A stretch of 64,000 nt of DNA, from NCBI GenBank assembly GCA_905235375.1, contig CAJOLH010000004.1:2133-66132 (forward strand). The letters run 5' to 3'. The position numbers and the translations under genes are program-made. Shown here piece after piece: positions 54,548 to 63,520 of this stretch. This DNA comes from an uncultured Bacteroidales bacterium (lineage in GTDB: Bacteria; Bacteroidota; Bacteroidia; Bacteroidales; UBA3663). The number at the start of each line of letters is the position of its first letter. Position 1 is the stretch's first letter. The notes under the pieces are model-generated. The model ran no database searches. It was not told the DNA's origin and saw nothing but the letters and a program-made list of their open reading frames with translations.

Positions 54548-55948
54548 TCATTTTTCGATGTCGAACTCCATAACATCTGCCAATCCATTGGTACAAGCTC
54601 GCCACTCGGGCAACCCTTCGCCATTGGGATTTCCCGTCTTCATGAAGTTAGTCCAATAGTCAACCATCCGCTCACTGAGTGCCTCGTCGGCTTCGCCCAA
54701 AGGACGCCAGCAACGCTTGACCGTGTTGAAAACATACCAAAGCTCGGAGGAATGGAAAGCACCTGATCCATTGCCAGGCAAACGGCGGCGGAACTCATAG
54801 ACGTAGGGAGCTTCGCCCTTTTCGGCAAGTCGGGAAGCGAGATATGCGTAAGACTCGCCCATGCGGGTGAAAGCCATATCGTCGAGTGTGCTGCCCATCA
54901 TGATGGGAATATGCGGGACGAAATCCTTTTCGAGGCAAGCAGAGAGACCGCCTTCGAGCACCTTGCCATCGACATTGGGCTGAAGCATGAGGAACGGCAA
55001 ATTGTGAGCGGCAGTGTATCGTCCGATAACCTCCTGCAACTGGTCGTAGCTCATCTGGCGCAAATCGCGGATGCTCAGATCGCCCATGAGGGTCTTTCCC
55101 AACTGTTCGTATTCAGCGAGAGGCAAAGCACTCATCCCTTCACTGCCATCGGGATTGATGGCACCACCGCTTTGGATGATGGCCTTGGCAATCTTTCCCT
55201 TGGTCATCGGAGAGCAAAGAAGATTGCGGACACTCATGGCACCTGCACTCTGCCCGAAGATGGTGATGTTGTCGGGATCCCCTCCGAAGTTTGCGATATT
55301 TTCGCGTGTCCAGTCGAGCGCCTTGATCTGGTCGAGCATACCATAGTTGCCGGAGATGTGGTCGGCATTTTCAGCAGAAAGGTCGGGATGGGTCAGGAAA
55401 CCAAATACGCCCAGACGATAGTTGATGGTGACAAGGATGACTCCGCGTTTGGCATAGGCATCGCCATCGAACTCCTTTTCGTAGCCAAAGCCTGCGATGA
55501 AGGCACCGCCATGAATCCAGAATGCAACGGGGAGCTTGTCGCCCTTCTTGGCATCAGCAGGTTTCCATACATTCAGATAGAGACAGTCCTCGCTCATCTG
55601 GGGATCGCCTTCGGAGAAGAACTCCTTCACATAATCCACTTGGCCGTATTCGCTGATAACAGTGGAATCGGGACCTGCCACGTGGGGCGGCTGAAATGAG
55701 ATAGGGCCAAAGTGATCGGCAAGCAGCACATTATCCCAAGGAAGAACCGGCTGCGGTGCCACCCAGCGCAACGCGCCAATGGGAGGCGCAGCATAAGGGA
55801 TTCCCTTAAAGACGATGACATCAGGATCATCGGAAGGAATGCCCTGAACCTTACCTCCAGTCACTTCACATACCAGCGGACTTGGAGTTTCGGTGGTGCA
55901 CGCAGTCAGGCAAAGCACCATCATAGTGGTTGCAATTAAGTTTTTCAT
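54548..55948 (-). CDS. type-B carboxylesterase/lipase family lipoprotein
   Basis: Signal MKNLIATTMMVLCLTAC. GIPYAAPP, HGGAF and FGQSAGA (nucleophile elbow) motifs. Confidence 0.82.
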   Translation of the reverse strand: MKNLIATTMMVLCLTACTTETPSPLVCEVTGGKVQGIPSDDPDVIVFKGIPYAAPPIGALRWVAPQPVLPWDNVLLADHFGPISFQPPHVAGPDSTVISEYGQVDYVKEFFSEGDPQMSEDCLYLNVWKPADAKKGDKLPVAFWIHGGAFIAGFGYEKEFDGDAYAKRGVILVTINYRLGVFGFLTHPDLSAENADHISGNYGMLDQIKALDWTRENIANFGGDPDNITIFGQSAGAMSVRNLLCSPMTKGKIAKAIIQSGGAINPDGSEGMSALPLAEYEQLGKTLMGDLSIRDLRQMSYDQLQEVIGRYTAAHNLPFLMLQPNVDGKVLEGGLSACLEKDFVPHIPIMMGSTLDDMAFTRMGESYAYLASRLAEKGEAPYVYEFRRRLPGNGSGAFHSSELWYVFNTVKRCWRPLGEADEALSERMVDYWTNFMKTGNPNGEGLPEWRACTNGLADVMEFDIEK

Positions 55949-56081
55949 ATAATATATTATAAATAATTTGAGATGGTTTTCAGCGTCTATATAACATCCT
56001 TGTTTGGGGTCACATCGCTCTGCTCTGCGACCCCTTTGTTATTATCCGCATTTGTTTCCGAATAGTTCGAAATGGGCGCTG

Positions 56082-56089
56082 CAAAGATA
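56082..56089 (-). promoter_or_regulatory. -7 box TATCTTTG (shared leader cassette, carboxylesterase gene)
   Basis: The reverse complement of CAAAGATA. Confidence 0.6.
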
Positions 56090-56502
56090 GCAATATTTTG
56101 GATAATTACCAAAAAAGAATGAATTTTCTTTACACCAAAAAACAAGAAAACACAAAAAAAGCCCAGACTTTCACAAGCCCGGACTAATCAGATATACACA
56201 CACACTTATGAAAAACTAACCAATAATCTTAAATTTCCAATTTACTAACATATCATTTTTTTACGCTGCAAAGGTACGGCAAATTTCTCAATTACGCAAG
56301 AGGCGGTAAATTACGAGGAACTTGTATCAGAAAAAACGATATTGATTTTCAGCATCTTGTACGATTTTACTCCTAAATAAATGTAGATATACAGGGAAAC
56401 TGCTTATTTCACAGATTTACCAGGAAATTACAAATCTGGCACGATTTCGAACCTGTTCGATTGTTCAAAGCAAGAAGTGAAGACAACCATTGACATAAAA
56501 AC

Positions 56503-56528
56503 CGTAGGCTGTCTCACGACAGCCTACG
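56503..56528 (-). terminator. orphan intrinsic terminator (functional orientation: minus strand)
   Basis: An 11-bp perfect stem CGTAGGCTGTC/GACAGCCTACG with a 4-nt loop. The T-run (GTTTTTAT) is present only on the minus strand. Confidence 0.6.
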
Positions 56529-56942
56529 ATAAAAAATCATTCACTTATTGTTACCATTTATTGCCTTATGGTGCAAAGATATAACATTTTAAAATACAAT
56601 CCAAATATTTTGAGCATCTATTTTCCTATTTCATAACGAATCGCCCAATTTTCCCCATAAAAGCGCCAACGAAGAAACGAAAAACAGTATAAATCTGCAT
56701 GGTGAAGCCTGATTTTGACCCGACTCTTGTTTCTCGCTTGCGAAACTTGTTGATTCTATGGGACTCCAAGTAACTTTAAGGGCAAGATGGGACGAATGAT
56801 TTTCGGGGTTCATTCTTTCTACAAGCAAAAATACGTCCCTTTTGAGACTCAGATTGAATACTATGCATATCAATCTTATCAATTACGGCCTTGGTTTGGC
56901 AGAAAAAATGACAAATAAGACCGACATTTGAAAAAAACACGC

Positions 56943-56950
56943 TATATTTG
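56943..56950 (+). promoter_or_regulatory. -7 box TATATTTG for the aminotransferase-LicC-LicD operon
   Basis: Lies 80 nt upstream of the 57030 start. Confidence 0.5.
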
Positions 56951-57029
56951 TAAACTTTTTATCAAGACAGACTACATCTGATTATAAAAATAGACTACAT
57001 CTGAAAACAATTATCCGATTGCAGGCATT

Positions 57030-58067
57030 ATGATTTTCTTAGATCGCAATGAATTCAATTTCGAACCTTCGCAGAAGGTGATTGATGCTGTAAAGAACTT
57101 TAACCCCCAGGAGCTCTGCTTTTATACCCGCATTTACGACCAAGGCAAAAAGAGCGTCGTGTCGGTTCGACTGAGCGAAATTTATGGAGTGCCGGAGCAG
57201 CAAGTACTTTTGGGTTATGGTGGCGAGGACATCCTCAAGAATGTCGTCCACTACTATCTCACCAAGGGTGACAACCGTTCCATCCTCATTCCAGAATTCT
57301 CGTGGTGGTACTACAACCGCATTGCCAGCGAATGTGGCGGCGAGACACACATGTACCCCCTCCATGAGCAGGAAGACACATTTGCATACGATGTTGATGA
57401 AGTCATCCGCTATACTTGCGATGTGCATCCGCGTATGCTCCTCATAGCTTCGCCCAACAATCCCACCGGCAACAGCCTCACACCCGATGAGATAACACGC
57501 ATCATGGAAAATATCCCAACCGACACCATGGTGCTCATCGACGAGGCTTACGCTTCGTTCATCTCTGCCGACACCCAATATATCGCACCTTTAGTAGAAC
57601 GGCACAGTAACCTCATCATTTCACGCACACTCTCGAAGTTCTATGGACTTCCCGGTCTGCGCATGGGTTTCGGATTCATGGGCAAGGGTCATGACGGTTT
57701 CCTCAATTATGCCAACAAATACCTTGGATATAACCGCTTCTCGGAGGCAGTGGCACTGGCAGCACTTGAAAGCGACGATCATTATCGCGAGGTAGCCAAT
57801 CAGATGCAATGGGATCGCGACCTTTTCAAGAAAGAGCTGGGCCAACTCCCCGGGTTCAAGGTTTATAAGTCGGTAGCCAACTTCATTCTGATAAAATATC
57901 CAATCGAGATCAAAGAGGCACTGCAAGAAGCCTTGCGCGTGCAGGAATACAAGATCAAGTTCATGTCGGACAAGGGCCTCGAATCCTGCCTCCGTATCAC
58001 ATTGGGTCGCCCCGAACAAATAAAGGTGGTGGTAGAAACCATCAAAAATGTATTTCTTTCACGATGA
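57030..58067 (+). CDS. class I/II PLP-dependent enzyme of the HisC/CobD (aminotransferase or phospho-amino-acid decarboxylase) type
   Basis: 345 aa. ASPNNPTG, IDEAY, and the PLP-Lys motif SRTLSKFYGLPGLRMG. ATGA overlap with the next gene. Confidence 0.75.
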   Translation: MIFLDRNEFNFEPSQKVIDAVKNFNPQELCFYTRIYDQGKKSVVSVRLSEIYGVPEQQVLLGYGGEDILKNVVHYYLTKGDNRSILIPEFSWWYYNRIASECGGETHMYPLHEQEDTFAYDVDEVIRYTCDVHPRMLLIASPNNPTGNSLTPDEITRIMENIPTDTMVLIDEAYASFISADTQYIAPLVERHSNLIISRTLSKFYGLPGLRMGFGFMGKGHDGFLNYANKYLGYNRFSEAVALAALESDDHYREVANQMQWDRDLFKKELGQLPGFKVYKSVANFILIKYPIEIKEALQEALRVQEYKIKFMSDKGLESCLRITLGRPEQIKVVVETIKNVFLSR

Positions 58068-58825
58068 AAGCCCTCATCCTTGCCGCTGGCACGGCTTCGC
58101 GTCTGCGTCCGTTGACCAACGACACCCCGAAGTGCCTCCTTCAAGTGGGTCAGCGAAGCCTGCTACAGCGTTCGATGGACGCATTGCTGCAGAACGGCAT
58201 CCGCCAGTTTGTCATTGTCACCGGATACCTGCACGAGAAAATAGAGCAGTTTGTGAGCCAGCAATATGGCGACAGCATTGAAGTCACATTCATCCACAAC
58301 GACATCTATGCTTCGACCAATAACATCTATTCGCTTTGGCTTGCACGTCCAGCGGTGGAGGGCACAGACTTCCTCCTGCTCGACAGCGACCTGCTCTACG
58401 ATGCTCAAATCATCACACGCGTACTTGCCGACGACGAACCGAATGTGCTGACACTCATTTGTCATCCGCTGGGCGAAGAAGAGATGAAGGTGGTCACAGT
58501 TTCCAGCCGTGACCACACAAAAGGAGAGAATGCAGGAACCATCCTCGATATCAGCAAAACCTGCCGTCCCGACGAGGCAGCCGGCGAAAGCCTTGGCATC
58601 GAAAAGATGAGCCCGACCTACAGTCGAGCCCTCTTTGAAGAACTTGACCGAATGATGAACCGGGAACATCTTGAAAACAAATTCTACGAACTCGCCTTTG
58701 TGCGCCTTATCCAACAAGGTCATACCTTCAGCGTTCTTGATGTCTCCGACCTCTTCAGCTGCGAACTGGACACCGTGGAGGACTTCGAGAATGCCAAGCT
58801 GAAGATTCCTGCATCGCTCTACTGA
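58064..58825 (+). CDS. LicC-like nucleotidyltransferase (phospho-base cytidylyltransferase family)
   Basis: MKALILAAGTASRLRPLTNDTPKCLL is the NTP-transferase signature. 253 aa. The stop is 1 nt before the LicD start. Confidence 0.8.
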   Translation: MKALILAAGTASRLRPLTNDTPKCLLQVGQRSLLQRSMDALLQNGIRQFVIVTGYLHEKIEQFVSQQYGDSIEVTFIHNDIYASTNNIYSLWLARPAVEGTDFLLLDSDLLYDAQIITRVLADDEPNVLTLICHPLGEEEMKVVTVSSRDHTKGENAGTILDISKTCRPDEAAGESLGIEKMSPTYSRALFEELDRMMNREHLENKFYELAFVRLIQQGHTFSVLDVSDLFSCELDTVEDFENAKLKIPASLY

Positions 58826-58826
58826 A

Positions 58827-59645
58827 ATGGCCACCTACGACATTCGCCCTCTTCAACTGCGTATTCTGCGCATTCTCCTTGCCGTCCAACAGGTCTGCGA
58901 AGAGCACGACCTGCGCTATTTCATCATCGCCGGCACCCTTCTTGGGGCCGTGCGTCACAAAGGATTTATCCCCTGGGACGATGATCTCGACATCGCTATG
59001 CCGCGCAAGGACTATGACCTGTTGTGCCAACATGCCAGCGAGTGGCTTCCCGTGCCCTACGAGCTGGTAAGCTACGAAACCGACCCCGAAAACTACCCTC
59101 TCCCCTTCGCGAAGGTACAGGATGCCAGCACCACGCTCATCGAACGTATGCACCTCAAATACCTCGGTGGAATCTACATCGACCTCTTCCCTCTCGATGG
59201 AATGCCACAGAGCGGGATACGTCGTCGCCTACACTTCATGCATTACGAATGGTATAAGCGTGCCCTCTACCTCGTGCATCGTGACCCATACAAGCACGGA
59301 CATGGTCCATCGTGTTGGATTCCCCTACTCTGCCGAAAACTCTACACGATGCAGGAGATCCAAGAGAAGTTAAGGCAGTTGCAACGCCGTTGGGACTATG
59401 ATGCCAGCGACTATGTGGTGGATCATGACGATGGATTGAAGGGAGTGATGAAGAAGTCCGTGTTGGGCAAACCGACACCTATTGCCTTTGAGGATGCCAC
59501 CGTCTGGGGTGTAGAACATCCGCATGAGTACCTTTCGCAAAAATATGGAGCGTATATGGTCATCCCTGACGGAGACCACCAGCGCCAACACAACTTCCAT
59601 CTTCTCGATCTCGACCTTCCTTATAGGGATTATTTGAAGGAATAA
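58827..59645 (+). CDS. LicD-family phosphotransferase
   Basis: LLGAVRHKGFIPWDDDLDIAMPR is the LicD signature (DxD). Confidence 0.85.
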   Translation: MATYDIRPLQLRILRILLAVQQVCEEHDLRYFIIAGTLLGAVRHKGFIPWDDDLDIAMPRKDYDLLCQHASEWLPVPYELVSYETDPENYPLPFAKVQDASTTLIERMHLKYLGGIYIDLFPLDGMPQSGIRRRLHFMHYEWYKRALYLVHRDPYKHGHGPSCWIPLLCRKLYTMQEIQEKLRQLQRRWDYDASDYVVDHDDGLKGVMKKSVLGKPTPIAFEDATVWGVEHPHEYLSQKYGAYMVIPDGDHQRQHNFHLLDLDLPYRDYLKE

Positions 59646-59654
59646 TTATTTTTT

Positions 59655-59826
59655 GGGGATTTTAAGGGATTCTTAGGGATATTTAGGGATTTTAAGGGAC
59701 GTTACTTTTGGCTATAGAAAATAGACCCAAGAAACATTTGTCCTTTAAAATCCCTAAGAATCCCTTAATATCCTTAAATATCCCTAAGAATCCCTTAATA
59801 TCCCTAAAATCCCTTAGAATCCCTTA
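59655..59826. repeat. word hairpin (TAAGGGATT-type units of about 11 bp) between the convergent LicD and GH9-like genes
   Basis: The left arm 59655-59699 faces the right arm 59740-59826. The right arm runs into the GH9-like stop codon. Confidence 0.9.
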
Positions 59827-62175
59827 TCGAATTCCATATAGGTAAGCCAGGAGCATCATTTTGCCACGCATCGTCTCACGCGGCGTGAACTCTGCATTTA
59901 CCCACATATAACGCTGATTGAAATAGGATTCCTGACGCGGCCAATTTTCAGCCCACGAGGGATAGCACCGATTAAGGAGAATACGCGCGTCACCGCCATT
60001 ATCAGGAGACCATACTTCCGTGCCATTGAAAGGTGTCTGACCTGGATGACTCTCAGGAGTGCCATCGTTGCGACCGGTCGTATAAATGTCGGTAAGATGA
60101 CGCTGGCCTAAGCCTGTCATTTCAACAATATTTCCAGGATTCCTGCCCAATGCCCATCCTGCTTCGAGGTATAGAGCACGTTCGAGCTGCTGGCGACGTG
60201 CCTTGGTATAGGCGATGTGATGCGCCAGGACTACAAGATGCAGGTTCTGCGACGTCTGCCACCGTGCATCGTTGGCTGCACGACGCGATGGACGCTGATC
60301 GACATAGCTGACGTTGTAGGCATCGGCATGACGGTTGAGGCTTGACTTCAAGTTGGCATAAAGCTCAGGATAATGACGTTCGCGCGGACAGCACAGATAG
60401 GCAGCAGCAGCATAGAACTGGAAATATCCCACTTCACCTGCCTTGAAGACATTCGTTACATTGGCGGCAAAGAGTCCCTGCCTGCCCTTGTTGAAGAGCG
60501 GCGTATCGCTGTTGGTAATCATGTTCTCCGAAGCAAGGACATCCTCCCATTCCCTTTCGCCCGTGACATTATAGAGGAAGGCAGCAGCCATCTGACGGAA
60601 GTCCCGTCCACGCATACTGATGCTTCCGATATCCTGCATATCGTCGAGCTGAGAGTTTTCCTGACGTGAGGCATAGCGGAAAGCACGGATCGCTTCCTGG
60701 GTGTAATAATTGCACAATGAGTCATTGCCCTGAATGCGGAATGCTTCAGCAGTGATGGCACAGTTGGCGGCATTGGCCCATGCTGCCATCGTGGTGCAAC
60801 CCGCCTGGAACATGATGGTCCATTCGGACGAAGGATTGGTGACACCCTGCGAATAACCTTCACCATCGCGTATGCTCAAGAAGAAGTCCACCTCATTGCG
60901 GGCTTCGTCGATAAGGTCAGGCAGACCATTACCGCTCTCGCGAATGCCAAGGTTATCCTCTGACAAACGTCCCTCAGTGAGAATATAGGGCAGCAACAGG
61001 TCATAGATGTTGGAGACGTGAGCAAGATGACGATCCCAGTCGAACGCATCAGAATGTCCGCCCTTTACATCGACAGCCACTGGATTGCCAGGCAGACGAT
61101 GCTGCCAAAAGATGGAAGAGAGCGCCGGTTTGAAGTGTGGTTCATCCCAAACGTCGGTGCGCAATGCCCTCCATGCAGGATCCCACGGCTGGAAATCGGT
61201 CTTGTAGATGGTAAATCCCTTCGGATCGACCTCTGGAATGAATTGTGGCTGACGTGGCACTGGGGTGACGTGCACGGGGTCAATGGGTTCGCCCAAACGC
61301 ATATAATAGTAGCCGCGCAGTGAATAACGATAGGGCTGATAGTAAATATCGGGATTGACATCGAAGTCCATGCTACAGCCAACGTCCTCGACGACGAGAC
61401 GATAACGCCCTGGGGCAGACACCTTGAAATCGACATTCCACACATCAGTACCAACAAGATTCTTCTGACCTGCCTCATGGGACGAAGCGGAGGCAGACTT
61501 CCAGAAACGCACATTACCCACCGCCTGTTTGCGACGTGTGTTTACGTTGTAGAGCCAAACCTTCTTTCCTTCGAAGGTCTTGTAGTCACGCTGACCACCA
61601 TCGCCAAGCCACATATAGAGATCGGCAGCCTTGACCATCTCGGCAGGACTATATCCAACGATATTGACATGAACGGCCTCAGACTGTGACGTCCAGATAT
61701 CGTACTTCACGGAAGTGGTAGTCTGATCAGACCCCAGACCAACAGGAATATTGACCTGATAGGTACAGCCCTGACGCATGGACTGCGGCAGTTGGAGGAA
61801 GAGCCAATGGTCGAGCTCTGACGTAAGCGTATGATCAAGGTTCATGGGTTTGCTCTTACGATAGACGGCTTTGGGCGACGACAACGTGAAGGTCTTGTCG
61901 TCGGAAGAAGAGACTTGCCATAAGGCAGCCTGTGAAGCTATCGCGGCATCGAGGCGAGGGCCAAAGACGAGAAGCGTATCATCGCCATCGGCAAAACTAT
62001 GCCCCAAATAAGCACTGGGTCCCGTGGCATCATCGCGATAGCGAACCTCGCCATCGCGGAAATGAAGCATCAGGTAATCCTTGTCAACCACTTGAATGCC
62101 AATGAGCCGACTTGCCAAGGCGCTGGAAGAAACAAGGACAGAAAAAAGTGTGATTAGAATTGATAAACGTCTCAT
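59824..62175 (-). CDS. secreted GH9-like (alpha/alpha)6 glycoside hydrolase with N-terminal Ig-like domain
   Basis: Signal peptide. VNIVGYSPAEMVKAADLY resembles the GH9 Ig-like N-domain, GGHSDAFDWDRH resembles GGWxDAGDxxK, and LPDLIDEARNEVDFFLSI resembles PDILDExxWxxDxL. The match is by eye only. Confidence 0.5.
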   Translation of the reverse strand: MRRLSILITLFSVLVSSSALASRLIGIQVVDKDYLMLHFRDGEVRYRDDATGPSAYLGHSFADGDDTLLVFGPRLDAAIASQAALWQVSSSDDKTFTLSSPKAVYRKSKPMNLDHTLTSELDHWLFLQLPQSMRQGCTYQVNIPVGLGSDQTTTSVKYDIWTSQSEAVHVNIVGYSPAEMVKAADLYMWLGDGGQRDYKTFEGKKVWLYNVNTRRKQAVGNVRFWKSASASSHEAGQKNLVGTDVWNVDFKVSAPGRYRLVVEDVGCSMDFDVNPDIYYQPYRYSLRGYYYMRLGEPIDPVHVTPVPRQPQFIPEVDPKGFTIYKTDFQPWDPAWRALRTDVWDEPHFKPALSSIFWQHRLPGNPVAVDVKGGHSDAFDWDRHLAHVSNIYDLLLPYILTEGRLSEDNLGIRESGNGLPDLIDEARNEVDFFLSIRDGEGYSQGVTNPSSEWTIMFQAGCTTMAAWANAANCAITAEAFRIQGNDSLCNYYTQEAIRAFRYASRQENSQLDDMQDIGSISMRGRDFRQMAAAFLYNVTGEREWEDVLASENMITNSDTPLFNKGRQGLFAANVTNVFKAGEVGYFQFYAAAAYLCCPRERHYPELYANLKSSLNRHADAYNVSYVDQRPSRRAANDARWQTSQNLHLVVLAHHIAYTKARRQQLERALYLEAGWALGRNPGNIVEMTGLGQRHLTDIYTTGRNDGTPESHPGQTPFNGTEVWSPDNGGDARILLNRCYPSWAENWPRQESYFNQRYMWVNAEFTPRETMRGKMMLLAYLYGIR

Positions 62176-62269
62176 GATATTTATAATTTAGGATTAAGTC
62201 TTGTCTTCACTTATAACACATCATCTTATTGACTAAAGCGACCAGCATTGAACAGGCCAATGAGGTGCT

Positions 62270-63169
62270 CTATTGATAAAGCGAAGCCATTTGAGCCGTA
62301 AGGTCGCGCATCTGATCACGCAGTGATTGAGGGGCAAGAACCTCGATGCTGGGACCATACTCCAGGAACTTGTTGATCAGGTCGGGGGTGACAGCAAGCT
62401 CATATTCGAAGACGCTACAGTCGGTGTGCGTCTCAACCTCTTGCTGGGAAGGATGTAATGGCAGAGTTCGGAAATAACTGCGCCAGAAAAGATTCACCTT
62501 GATCCGTATGTTCTCGATAATCGGACTGATCTTGGTATATGCGCCAAAATAATGGGCGAAATAGTCCTTCGATGAAAAATATTCAGGAATCTGGAAATCC
62601 ACATTCTCAAGGATACGCAGCTGCTGCATACGATCGAGGGCGAAGAGCTGTAAGTGCGAACTATGATCCTTGCGTGCCAACAGATACCATCGCTGCTGCG
62701 AAAGCTTCACACAGTAGGGTTCCGCGAAGCAGGTGTAGGGCTTGCTGTCAGAGAACTTCTTGTAGTCGAGTTCTATCGCCTTGCCCTTCGACATTGCTTC
62801 AATGATGGTGGGCAAGAAGAACTGGCCTGAAGGAACCTCTTCGAGCAAAATCCTTTCACGAACGGCAGTTTCCTCGCTCATCAGGTGTTTGATGGAGAAT
62901 GACGACAGCATCAACTCCGTGGCCTTCATGCTATTGTCACCCGCGATATAATAACGATAACGATCCTTCACATCACATTCAATCGAGACACCCAGCACAT
63001 CAAGGGCAGAACTAATGGCACGATTCAGCTGATTGCGAGTCAACTCCTCCCCTCCGCTCAGATCCACATTATGCACCCAAAGCTTATTCAGCTCCTCCCT
63101 GTTGAGCTTTTTATAGTTCAGCAGCGTATTCACGAGCCACATTCCATGCCGAAAACGCAGATTTTCCAT
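62270..63169 (-). CDS. WYL-domain transcriptional regulator
   Basis: 299 aa. N-terminal wHTH-like region, central WYL core (KLSQQRWYLLARKD), and a C-terminal WCX-like domain. Confidence 0.75.
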   Translation of the reverse strand: MENLRFRHGMWLVNTLLNYKKLNREELNKLWVHNVDLSGGEELTRNQLNRAISSALDVLGVSIECDVKDRYRYYIAGDNSMKATELMLSSFSIKHLMSEETAVRERILLEEVPSGQFFLPTIIEAMSKGKAIELDYKKFSDSKPYTCFAEPYCVKLSQQRWYLLARKDHSSHLQLFALDRMQQLRILENVDFQIPEYFSSKDYFAHYFGAYTKISPIIENIRIKVNLFWRSYFRTLPLHPSQQEVETHTDCSVFEYELAVTPDLINKFLEYGPSIEVLAPQSLRDQMRDLTAQMASLYQ

Positions 63170-63283
63170 AAAAATTCGACGAATTAACTATATTTAACAG
63201 AGGTGTATCAATGCTGGCAACACCCTGACCCGATCTTTGCAGTGTGAAAAACAAGAATAATCACACAAAAAAAGAATAAAACA

Positions 63284-63520
63284 ATGAAAAAAGCTGCAAT
63301 CATTATCGTCATCGTCGGCATGGTAGTTCTCGACCTTATCCTTTCAGGCATGAATGTCATCCTGGGACTGTTGCTCATCGTTGGAGCAGGAATGTTCGCT
63401 TATCTGATGGACTCGATGAATCACGAGCCTCGGCGCACCACCAGCATCACACGTGCGGCACGACAGAGCCGCGAGTTGCAAAAGACTACATCGAAGGCCG
63501 AACTAAGCATTGCCGTCTGA
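63284..63520 (+). CDS. small two-TM membrane protein
   Basis: 78 aa. MKKAAIIIVIVGMVVLDLILSGMNVILGLLLIVGAGMFAYL followed by a basic tail. Divergent from the WYL gene. Confidence 0.45.
   Translation: MKKAAIIIVIVGMVVLDLILSGMNVILGLLLIVGAGMFAYLMDSMNHEPRRTTSITRAARQSRELQKTTSKAELSIAV

Noticed and set aside
56631-56882. 83-aa minus-strand ORF in the 1.08-kb AT-rich spacer.
   Set aside because: There is no promoter box or signal. The composition and context look non-coding, and the region is better described as a gene-poor spacer.
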